DNA from: Mycoplasmoides pneumoniae FH
GTDB taxonomy: Bacteria > Bacillota_I > Bacilli_A > Mycoplasmatales > Mycoplasmoidaceae
Direction of reading: 5' to 3'
Assembly: GCF_001272835.1 (NCBI RefSeq)
Contig: NZ_CP010546.1
Span: 602,809-634,808, forward strand
Length of the DNA stretch: 32,000 nt
The translations under genes were made by a program, and so were the position numbers. Below the pieces are notes generated by a model, which worked only from the letters and a program-made list of their open reading frames with translations, searched no databases and was not told the DNA's origin. Of the stretch, positions 19,011 to 32,000 are shown piece after piece (positions within the stretch are counted from its first letter, which is position 1; every line of letters begins with the position of its first letter).

Positions 19011-20342
19011 TTAGCTTTTATCGATTTGTTGCACCAGCCAGTCTTTGATTTCGCCATAATAACTAGAGATACTGCGCACTAGTGCTTGACCCACTTTTAA
19101 ACTTTTAATTTCACTAGCACAGGTAATATCAACCCCATACAGGTTAGCCACTTCTTCTGCTTCCATCATGTCAATTAAGCGGTGGGCAATTAGGGTACTG
19201 GTGTTGTTAATAATCTGTGATTTAAAGTTATCACCACCAATATTGCGCAGGTTAGCAAATGATTGATAGGACAGGATAACTACAGTATTGAACGAGCGGA
19301 CTTGCTCCAATACCACCCCCACATAGTGGCTCCCAAAATTACCAAATTCATCAGCAATAAAAAAGGTCGAGTTATCACTCGTTTCTTCCAAACTCGTAAT
19401 TGTTTGGCCAAAATCCAAAAAGATTAACTTGCCCAAGTACTTGGCATTAATCATGTCGTACATGCTGCTAATGGAAAACAAAACAGCATCTTGGCAGTTT
19501 GATAATATCTATCAATCCCACACCATTAGAATCGATTGAACCAATTTCCGCTAGTTCCCTGAGGTTTTCTCTTAAATTTTCAAAGTCCTTTGTGTCAATG
19601 GTTTGAACATGCTCCGTATAGTATTCATCAATTTTTTCTACAAAAATTTGATTGGAAGGTTGAAAGCGACCTTTTTCTTTCATTTCTAAAATTTCTTTTC
19701 GGCGTTTTTCTTTGTGAATTTTTTTAAACAAACTGGGTTCAAATTTAGCAAAAATATCAAAGTCACGTAGTAATACTTCATTTGTCCTTTGCTACAGTAA
19801 CGCGCTAAATTCTTAAAACTCAAATTGTGGGGACCTTCCTTTGCAATTACTAAAGGTACTAAAACTTGCAAAATGGCCTTCTTATTACGTCAATAATAAG
19901 CACTGTCCTTGGTGTTTTCCACCATATCGTTATAACCAAACATTTCCAAGATTAAAGTAATGATTTGTTTGGGTGTTTTTTACTTAAACGGGTTGTACTT
20001 AATCGTGGCAATTCTGTCATCTAAGCTCCAAATTTTGGCACTAGTATTTTTGAGTGCCACTAACTTAACCGTATCAAAACCGTCTTCGGGACTTAGTTGT
20101 TTGGCGCTCGTTTGGTAGTGTTCAAACTGGGTAATTAATTCCTTATCACCCTTACCATTCACAAAAATTAAGGGATGGTCGTTGTCAATTGCATACTTCA
20201 AAAAGTGCAGCAAGATATTGGACTTACCAAAACCACTCACACCTAGTACCGAGACGTGCTGGGGGAGCTTTTCCAGTTCCAAAAAACACTCCTCGTTTAA
20301 AAAGATTTTCTTACCAGTCTGGTTATTGATGTCCTGTTCCAT
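19011..20342 (-). pseudogene. Degraded P-loop ATPase resembling VirD4/TraG-type coupling proteins (HerA/FtsK superfamily)
   Basis: Walker A GVSGFGKSNILLHFLKY, Walker B-like STFFIADEFGNFG followed by VGVVLEQVRSFNTVVILSYQSFANL; in-frame TAA at 19980-19982; frame changes near 19790-19800 and near 19480-19515. Confidence 0.6.
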
Positions 20343-20451
20343 TACTAAAAAATAATTTGTACTGCAACTTCAAAGTTAACTTATTCTAATTTTGCTAGAT
20401 CATTGATTTCATTCACAGTTTCCCAACTTAGTTTTCACTGTTCAAACAATT

Positions 20452-20479
20452 AAAAAAGCACCAGCTAGTGCCAGTGCTT
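20452..20479 (-). terminator. Probable rpoC terminator
   Basis: Minus strand AAGCACTGGCACTAGCTGGTGCTTTTTT, 25 nt after the rpoC stop. Confidence 0.65.
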
Positions 20480-20503
20480 CTTTAATCGATAGTTTAGTGG
20501 TTT

Positions 20504-23500
20504 TTAATACTCCTCTTGAACCGTTTTGGCACCGAGGTAGGCCAATTCTTCATCGGTTAAAAACCCAGTACCAGCCGGGATCTTACCCCCAATGATCACG
20601 TTTTCTTTCAACCCTAAGAGGTAGTCAACTTGGGTTTTTACCGCAGCATCGGTCAAGATCTTCTTGGTGTCTTGGAAGGATGCGGCACTCAAGAAGGAGT
20701 TCGACTTGCTGGCCGCCTCATCGATCCCAAACACCTGGTTAATGGCAATCACTGGCATCTTCCCCGACAGCAACAAGCTCTTGTTGAGTTCATTGAGGTG
20801 GTGACTGTGTACCAGTTGACCCACAAACAGGTTACTGCTGCCAGCATCGGTTACTTGGAGTAAGCTCGTCAACTGGCGGATAATAATTTCGACATACTTA
20901 TCAGCAATCTCAATCCCCTGAATACGGTACACCTTTTGGATTTCGACAATCATGTACTGGCGTACCCGTTGGATCCCAGCAACCCGTAATAACTGGCGAA
21001 TGTCAATCGAACCTTCGGTAATCTTCGAACCTAGTTCTACTGCATCACCGACCTTGACACGCAGTTGCGCACTAAACGGAATCGAGTAAGTGCGTTCATC
21101 GACACTAGATTCAATCAACACTTCCTGCGCGTTTTGGGTGGTAGTAATCGATTTAACTACCCCCTTAACTTCAGAAATGACACAGCGCTCGTAATCCTTA
21201 GGGGCGACTACTTCAAAGATTTGCTTTAAACGTTCAAACCCTTGGGCCAAGTTGTTTTCGGTCGAAACCCCCCCGGTGTGGAAGGTACGCATCGTTAACT
21301 GGGTTCCTGGTTCACCGATCGATTGCGCTGCAATTACACCCACAGCGGTACCCAATTCCACCAGTTTGCCGGTGGACAAATCGACCCCGAAACAGTACTG
21401 ACACACGCCGTTTTCGCGTTCACAGTAAATCACAGAGCGCACTAACACTTGTTTAATCGAAGTGGCACAAATTTGCTTGGCTAACTCTTGGGTAATTAGG
21501 CTGTTAGCAGGGACAATTTCCGCCTTGGTTTCGGGATCTAAAATTGGTCCAATCGTGTAACGGTTGACAATGCGGTCAAACAGTGATTCCACCAACGAAC
21601 GGGTTTTGGTTTCCACAATTGCTTCGACCACAATTCCCTTGCGTGTACCACATTCATCGTGGTTAATAATCAATTCGTGGGTTGCATCCACCAGTTTACG
21701 GGTCATGTAACCAGACTTAGCCGTTTTCATGGCGGTATCGGTCATCCCCTTACGCGCCCCATAAGATGAGTTGAAGTACTCGTTAATCGTTAAACCTTCC
21801 AGGAAGGAGTGCTTAATAGGAACCTCAATCGTGTCCTTAATAATTTTGGACTGGTTGTTGCGTTCATAGTTAAAGCTCTTACTCATTAACCCCCGCATCC
21901 CAAACAGCTGGGTAAAGTTGGAGATATTACCCCGCGCCCCGGAATCGGCCATGACAACAATCGAGTTATCACGGTACTCTTCACGTTTAATTAAGTCCTG
22001 GATCTCACTCGACACCTTTTCCTTCACACCGTTTCACAGTTTCACCACCCGTTTATACCGTTCATCATCGGTCAGTAAACCCTTGTTGTAAAACTGCTTG
22101 TACTTCAAGACCTGTTGGTCCGCTTCATCAAAGTACTGCTGTTTGTTGGAGTACTTCGGAATATCAAACACCGATACAGTGGTGGAAGAGTGGGTCGAGT
22201 ACTTAAAGCCTAAGGCCTTAATGTTGTCCAAGATCCGTGGTAGATCCTTAAATTCAACCACCGTGTAAAGTAAGTCAATTAACTTGGAGATGACCTTCTT
22301 ACCAAAGGCAGGGAGCACTTGGTGTGCGGCAATCGCAGCACGCACATCACCACTTGGTGGTACTATGAACTTTTGCGGACACGCATGTTCATCAAATTCC
22401 CCTTCATTAATGTAAGGGATGTTGTCCCCTAACACATCGTTAAAGATAATCTTACCAACCGTAGTGATTAGAGTACCTTGAGCTTCAAAGTGCTTGTTTG
22501 GAAAGGCTTTGGTGCTAATGCCGACAATGGCGTGGAGGTGCACCTTGCCCGCTTCGTATGCCGCGCGGGCTTCATGCACGGTACCAAAGATGATGCCTTC
22601 ACCCGTTTGACCCTTACGCTCAGTAGTGAGGTAATAGTTACCTAACACCATGTCCTGGGTTGGGGTGACAATTGGCCGGCCATCTTTTAGTCCCAAGATG
22701 TGCTTGGAAGCTAACAGAATAGCACGCGCTTCGTTAACGGCATTTTCGCTCAACGGAACGTGCACCGCCATCTGGTCACCGTCAAAGTCAGCGTTAAAAG
22801 CAGTGGTCACTAACGGGTGTAGGCGAATCGCTTTCCCATCGACAATCCGCGGTTCAAAGGCCTGTATTCCCAAACGGTGCAAAGTAGGTGCCCGGTTTAA
22901 TAACACCGGACGGTCCTTAATGACATCATACACAATCCCCCAGATCAGGTCGTCCTGATTTTTAATCATGTCCTCCGCTTGCCGAATCGAGGACGCAATT
23001 GGTCTAATTTCGTTACCGTTGCTGTCAAACTTATTAATTAACCCGTGAATAATAAATGGTTTGAACAGCTTGAGGATCATTAATGCTGGAATCCCGACCT
23101 CATACATCTTTAGTTCTGGACCCACCACAATTACACTCCGACCAGAATAGTCCACCCGTTTACCTAAAAGGTTGTGACGGAACAACCCTTGTTTCCCTTT
23201 TAAGCGGTCGGTGAGTGACTTCAAGGAACGTTTGTCTTTGGATAACGCTGGCTTGTGGCGCGACGAGTTGTCAAACAAGGCATCAACTGATTCTTGTAAC
23301 AAGCGCTTTTCGTTGTTAACCACAATGGCAGGTACGGTACCATCTTCCAAGATGCGGCGTAAACGGTCGTTACGGATAATTACCCTTCTGTAGAAGTTAT
23401 TAATGTCACTGGTGGTAAATTTAGCACCATCTAACTGGATAATCGGCCGGATGTCTGGCGGGATCACTGGCACCGTGTGCAGGATCATGTTTTTCGGGTG

Positions 23501-24376
23501 CAGCTTCGAATTTCTAAACCAGCTAATTGTTTCCAATTGACGCAAGATCTTTTTAACCTTAGCATACTCAACACTATCCTTCTTAGCCTTCCGTAACGCA
23601 TCATTGAGCTTACTAAACTCATAGTTAAGGTCAATCTTGTTGAGCAATTCTAAGATGGCTTCAGCCCCGATACCAACGCGGAAGCCAGTGTACTTCTTAA
23701 TGTAGTTAAAGGCATCATTTAAGGAGAACGGTAACGAACTGTTCTTTAAGCTTTCATAAAAGATCTTCCCCTTGCGGTAGTCTTCGCTACTCCTGTTCTT
23801 AATCAGGTTCCGGAAGATGTAACCGATCACCCGGCGCATTTTTTGCCGCGTGGTTAAAGAACCCTTGCCTGCTAAGTCCAACACTTCCTTAAACTTAAAC
23901 GGCATGATCTTGGGATCTTTGATCTTCCCAGTATCTAATACTATGTAGTTAACAAAGTACAAGACCTGTTCCACTTCCTTATAAGAGATGTTTAACACTA
24001 AGGAGATCTTGGAAGGGGAAGGCAGTTCCTTCGACATCCAGATGTGCGCTACCGGACTGACTAGGGCAATGTGGCCCATACGTTCCCGGCGCACAATTGA
24101 TTCGGTTACCCAAACACCACAGCGATCACAGCGCACGCCACGGTACTTAATCTTCTTAAACTTCCCACAAGCACACTCATAGTCCTTCACTGGACCAAAA
24201 ATGGCTTCATCAAACAAACCACCAGGTTCGGGTTTTAAGGACTTATAGTTAATCGTTTCCGCCTTGGTAACTTCCCCTTCGGATCAGTTTAGGATCGTGT
24301 CGTTGGAAGCAATCGAAAGCTTAATTGCCTTAATGTTCTTGTACAGCTTGTTGTTCTTTTTATTACGCTTTGTCAT
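20504..24376 (-). CDS. rpoC: DNA-directed RNA polymerase beta' subunit (1290 aa)
   Basis: ATG 24374-24376 MTKRNKKNNKLYKNIKAIKLSIASNDTILNWSEGEV..., YECACGKFKKIKYRGVRCDRCGVWVTESIVRRERMGHI, NADFDGDQMAVHVPL, GEPGTQLTMRTFHTGGV; TAA at 20504-20506; TGA=Trp. Confidence 0.98.
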
Positions 24377-24379
24377 TAA

Positions 24380-28555
<4,176 letters not shown>

Positions 28556-28647
28556 TCGTGTACAAAAAAGGGCTAAAAATAACAGTAAAAAGCCACTAAC
28601 AGCGACAAAAGGGCCGCATGCTAATGGGCTTTGTAAAGTTTGCTACA

Positions 28648-29148
28648 TTATATCAATTTTTGTACGTCAGTGATAAATGGCTGAAAATCAAAGCCATCAT
28701 GATAGCCATTTACTAACACGGCTCCCTTAACGTTGAGACCACTAAAACTAAAGAATTTAGTGAGTAGTTCCAGCACTGTCTTACCACCACTCTTAGCTGC
28801 AGGAGTGACACAGCAAATAATTCCATCAAGCTCCTTTAAAAACTGGTTTTTACCGTATTGGGTATCGCGGGTCATCCAGTCGATTGTGTTTTTAGCAAAG
28901 GCAGGGACAAAACCGTTGTGTTCTGGAGTGACAAAAATTAGCGTTTTGTGATCGTGTAGTTTGCGCACTAAACTCTTAATTTTTTCGGGAAAATGATCCT
29001 TTTCCAAATCTTCACAATAAAAATCCACTTGGTAGTCAACTAGTTCAATTAATTCAGCATTGAGTTGTTGTTCCAAAGCTTTAGCAAACTTCCGGTTAAT
29101 TGAATTTTTGGAGTTAGCTAACAATAAGATTAACGGTTTGGTACTCAT
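28648..29148 (-). CDS. NAD(P)H-dependent FMN reductase/flavodoxin-like protein (166 aa; MG342-like)
   Basis: [36 protein letters not shown]..., [50 protein letters not shown]; TAA stop. Confidence 0.85.
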   Translation of the reverse strand: MSTKPLILLLANSKNSINRKFAKALEQQLNAELIELVDYQVDFYCEDLEKDHFPEKIKSLVRKLHDHKTLIFVTPEHNGFVPAFAKNTIDWMTRDTQYGKNQFLKELDGIICCVTPAAKSGGKTVLELLTKFFSFSGLNVKGAVLVNGYHDGFDFQPFITDVQKLI

Positions 29149-29211
29149 TTTTTTATCTTTGATCCTATTTATATAAAAGAAAATTGTTAATTAAAGCGGA
29201 GAAAACTTAAT

Positions 29212-29796
29212 TTAATTTTTAGTTTTCTTTTTTGCAACCAATTTCGCTTTAGCAACCCACTCCTCATTACTTTTCCTTAATTCTTGAGCTTTTCTTTCTT
29301 TGATCAACTTAATAAGTTCATTGATTTTTGCTTGTGCTTTTTCCTTATAAAACTCATCAGTAGCTCTTCTAACAGCTTGCAGTTATTCTCTTTTATCGTG
29401 ATCAAAGGTGGTATATCATTCTGAGTCCAACTCTAATAAAGCGTCTTTTTTAGCAGAAGCTAGTCGTTCTTTAGCTTCTTTGGCATTTCAATGATCTTCT
29501 GATGGTAGTTTGGTGTCCATTGAAGATTTAAGGTACTTTTTTAATTCTTTGAGATGCTTCTTATCTTCGTTCTCTGATCATTTTTTAATGCTTTTTAAAT
29601 GCTTAATTAAATCTTTAGACTGATCGTCTTCTTTAAAGCTTCCTCCCTTTCTTAGACTTTTGAATAAACCTTCTATTCTATCCAATACCTCTTCTTTATG
29701 ATCATCCTCTAAGTTTTCCTCTAAATTTTTCTTAAATAAGAATTGAAAACAATAAACATCTTTTTTTATTAGTTTCACAACTACCAAAACTTTCAC
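29212..29796 (-). CDS. Hypothetical charged, coiled-coil-rich protein (~194 aa, GTG start uncertain)
   Basis: TGA=Trp extends track ORF 29578..29796 through ...WVAKAKLVAKKKTKN* to TAA 29212-29214; upstream frame blocked by TAA at 29824 and 29842. Confidence 0.5.
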
Positions 29797-29995
29797 AGCT
29801 AAATTTATCAGTGTCTCACTTTTTTAATTCTTCTTTCGTTTTTAATTCAATTTCTTGAATTCTTTTTTTTGTTTTGCTTGTTCTTCTTTAGCTGCACACC
29901 CTCGGAAAAACTTATTAATCTCATCTCTCTTTGAGTTTTCCATTTTTTTCAATATAAAACAAAAGAGCACTCCACTAATGTGAAACGCTCAATTG

Positions 29996-30021
29996 TTAGA
30001 GGCAAATACTTATACCTCTAA
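29996..30021. other. Small perfect inverted repeat TTAGAGG...CCTCTAA
   Basis: 7-bp arms, 12-nt loop, intergenic. Confidence 0.4.
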
Positions 30022-30245
30022 ATCTTTTGAACAGATTTCTATTAATCTATATGCTTGAGAAAGATATGGATAGGGTCTCAAGAAAAGAACATCTGAATAA
30101 TAAAGCTTTGAAGTTTTAAACTTCTTAAACCCTATATTCATTTTTTTCAGAAACTCTTTCCAAATTCTTTTCTTAACCACTTTATTTTTAGTGCTTCAGA
30201 TATCACAAATAAAGCTAATACGCTTTCAAAGTTAATGCTTTTAGT

Positions 30246-31292
30246 TTACTTTTCAATAAAGAAACAAGACTCGTATTGCTTGATGTCACCTATTAGAGTA
30301 TTAGTGCTTACGGTGGTTAAACCAACGTTTTGATCTTTATTGGCCTCTAATAAACAGATGCAATTATTGTCATAGTTGTAACCCTTCATTACTTCAACAA
30401 TAAAATAGGCATCTTGTTTAATCACAATTGCATTAACTTGTAAAGTGCTAGCTTCTTGGGCAAACACTTGCAAGTTTTCAAAATACAGCAATAATTGTCC
30501 CGCAAAGTTAATAAAGGCTTGCTTTCAAATGGTATTGTTATCTATTTGTAAGTGGTGCTTAATACTCTCCAAGTTTTTGAGTAAATACTTGTGTGGTACG
30601 TTGAAGTGCACATCAATGTCTAAGTTATTTTCAGTATTAAAGCGTTCTTTGAAACTGGTAAAGCTCAGGTCAAAACTGTTACTGTTAGCCATAGAAGTGC
30701 CAAAAGCAAACTGTGAATTTAACTCGACAAAGAAAAGGTTATTCTTTGTTTTTTGCTTGCGCTTTTGGTGGTTCCAAGTATTAAAAAACTTCTTTTCAAA
30801 GTTTTTGCGGCAATAACGTTTGTACTGATAACCGTGCTTTTTAATGATTTTAACGATTTCATAAGAAAGCTTTGTTCGCTTATTTTCAAACGGAGAATTA
30901 ACTAGTAAAACCACTAATTTCAGCCCGGAAAACTGTTTAACTGCTTCTAACAGCTTTTTAATTTCTGTTTCTGTTTGTTTGGTTTTTTCGACCAACATAA
31001 ACACTGTTTCCGCTTCTTTATGTAACCTAATCGCTAAACCAAAACCACTTAATAAGTTATTGTCAAAACTTAAAAAGCGAAAGTGATCAAAGAAAACGTG
31101 TTGGTAAACTGTTTGACTCGCTGATGGTACTAATAAGTATTTAATCTGATTCGACTTAACTAGGTGATTGACAAAATCTAAGTATTCTAAAGCGGAAAGT
31201 AATCCCACTTTATTGGTGTTTTGAAAGCAATCGTAAGCTAAAAGTCTTTGCTCATTCACCAAGGTTTGCTCGTTAATGGTTGTTTGTGCCAT
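30246..31292 (-). CDS. Conserved hypothetical protein (348 aa; MG343-like)
   Basis: Track ORFs 30525..31292 and 30246..30491 in one frame joined by TGA(Trp); TAA 30246-30248; sits between MG342-like and MG344-like genes. Confidence 0.8.
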
Positions 31293-31294
31293 AC

Positions 31295-32000
31295 CTAGTA
31301 AATTTTACCTAGTTTATTATGCTTCAAAATATCGTGCATTGCTTTACAGAAACTTTCATGCTTGCTGTTAAACATTTGGTGTTGACTGTGTAAGATAACC
31401 CCTGATTGCAAGTTACCTTTCTTAATCAAAAAGCGGTTAAAGTAGTTTAAAGTAGCTTTTGTAGGCATAAAATCATCATGTTGAGCCAACAGTAAAAAGG
31501 CTGGTATGGTAATAGTTTTATAAGCACTGTTTAAGCGCGACAATTCCTTAAAGATCTGAAAGGTGAGTTTTTTGCACATAGCAGTATGCTTGTCTAACTC
31601 CATTTGTCACTGTCCATCGTTTTGTAAATCAGGAAACTTTGGTTGAAACATCCGCTTAAAGTAAGACAGCTTTTCGTCCTTCTTTTTAAAAGCCTTTTTA
31701 ATCTTGTAGTAATTCAACAAGTTGGAATAAGACAGTGGCGCTAAGAGCACTAGTTTTTCCACTCGTTGTGGTTTTAAAAACTGCAATGCATAACTAGCCA
31801 CTGCCCCACCCATGCTGTGTCCTATTAAAACAATGTTTTCTAAATCTTGCTTTTCAATTCAAGCTACCAATAAATGGGCATAGTGAATAGGTGACAATTC
31901 CTTGTCAGTAAAACCATGGTGGTTATGACCCGGTCACAAGGGTGCGTAATAGTCATAATCCACCAGCGTTTCAGAAAAGCTCTTAAAATAAGAATGGTGC
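31295..32000 (-). CDS. Alpha/beta-hydrolase, lipase/esterase-like (MG344-like), 5' end outside the window
   Basis: [37 protein letters not shown] nucleophile elbow GHSMGG; [13 protein letters not shown]; catalytic-His-like [11 protein letters not shown]; TAG 31295-31297; TGA=Trp. Confidence 0.85.

Noticed and set aside
19686-19871. ORF 19686..19871, MQVLVPLVIAKEGPHNLSFKNLARYC..., as a separate gene
   Set aside because: It is the central fragment of the coupling-protein-like pseudogene on the minus strand (listed as + in the track, but the peptide is encoded by the reverse complement).
20343-20503. Possible tRNA or small RNA between rpoC and the pseudogene
   Set aside because: Only a terminator-type hairpin could be supported; no cloverleaf or CCA.
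20630-20863. Plus-strand ORF inside rpoC (77 aa), plus similar ORFs at 22650..22958, 23211..23393, 23988..24182
   Set aside because: Antisense shadows of a conserved gene with no SD or family signature.
30445-30816. Plus-strand ORF of 123 aa
   Set aside because: Antisense to the conserved MG343-like gene, low complexity, no SD.

Overview
This 32-kb window has the features of a Mycoplasma pneumoniae-type genome. UGA is read as Trp throughout, so the supplied standard-code ORF track breaks most genes at TGA. A P1-adhesin-like RepMP4 + RepMP2/3 repeat cassette sits between two DUF16/UPF0134 genes. It is followed by an MG185/MG260-type lipoprotein gene, an orphan type I restriction specificity gene (hsdS), and a minus-strand tandem array of four MG032/MG096/MG288-type paralogs. 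Two of those paralogs are intact, one is frameshifted and one carries an in-frame TAG. Next come a decayed P-loop ATPase resembling VirD4/TraG coupling proteins, rpoC and rpoB, an NADPH-dependent FMN reductase-like gene, an uncertain coiled-coil gene, an MG343-like conserved gene, and the 3' part of an alpha/beta-hydrolase/lipase gene that runs off the window. I see no CRISPR array, tRNA or rRNA. I found no complete new biological system. The observations most worth a second look are: (1) A15 and A17 homopolymers abutting TANAAT-like -10 boxes upstream of two surface-protein-family genes (candidate phase-variable promoters); (2) three related ~200-bp 5' modules, each with a 34-38 aa leader ORF whose 3' end contains the Shine-Dalgarno of the next gene, one of them in front of a non-DUF16 gene; (3) the coupling-protein-like pseudogene; (4) paired hairpin/CCCACTAAATAAATTGAG motifs bracketing the P1-like cassette. 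All identities come from recalled family motifs and read-through translation; no database search or computation was run.
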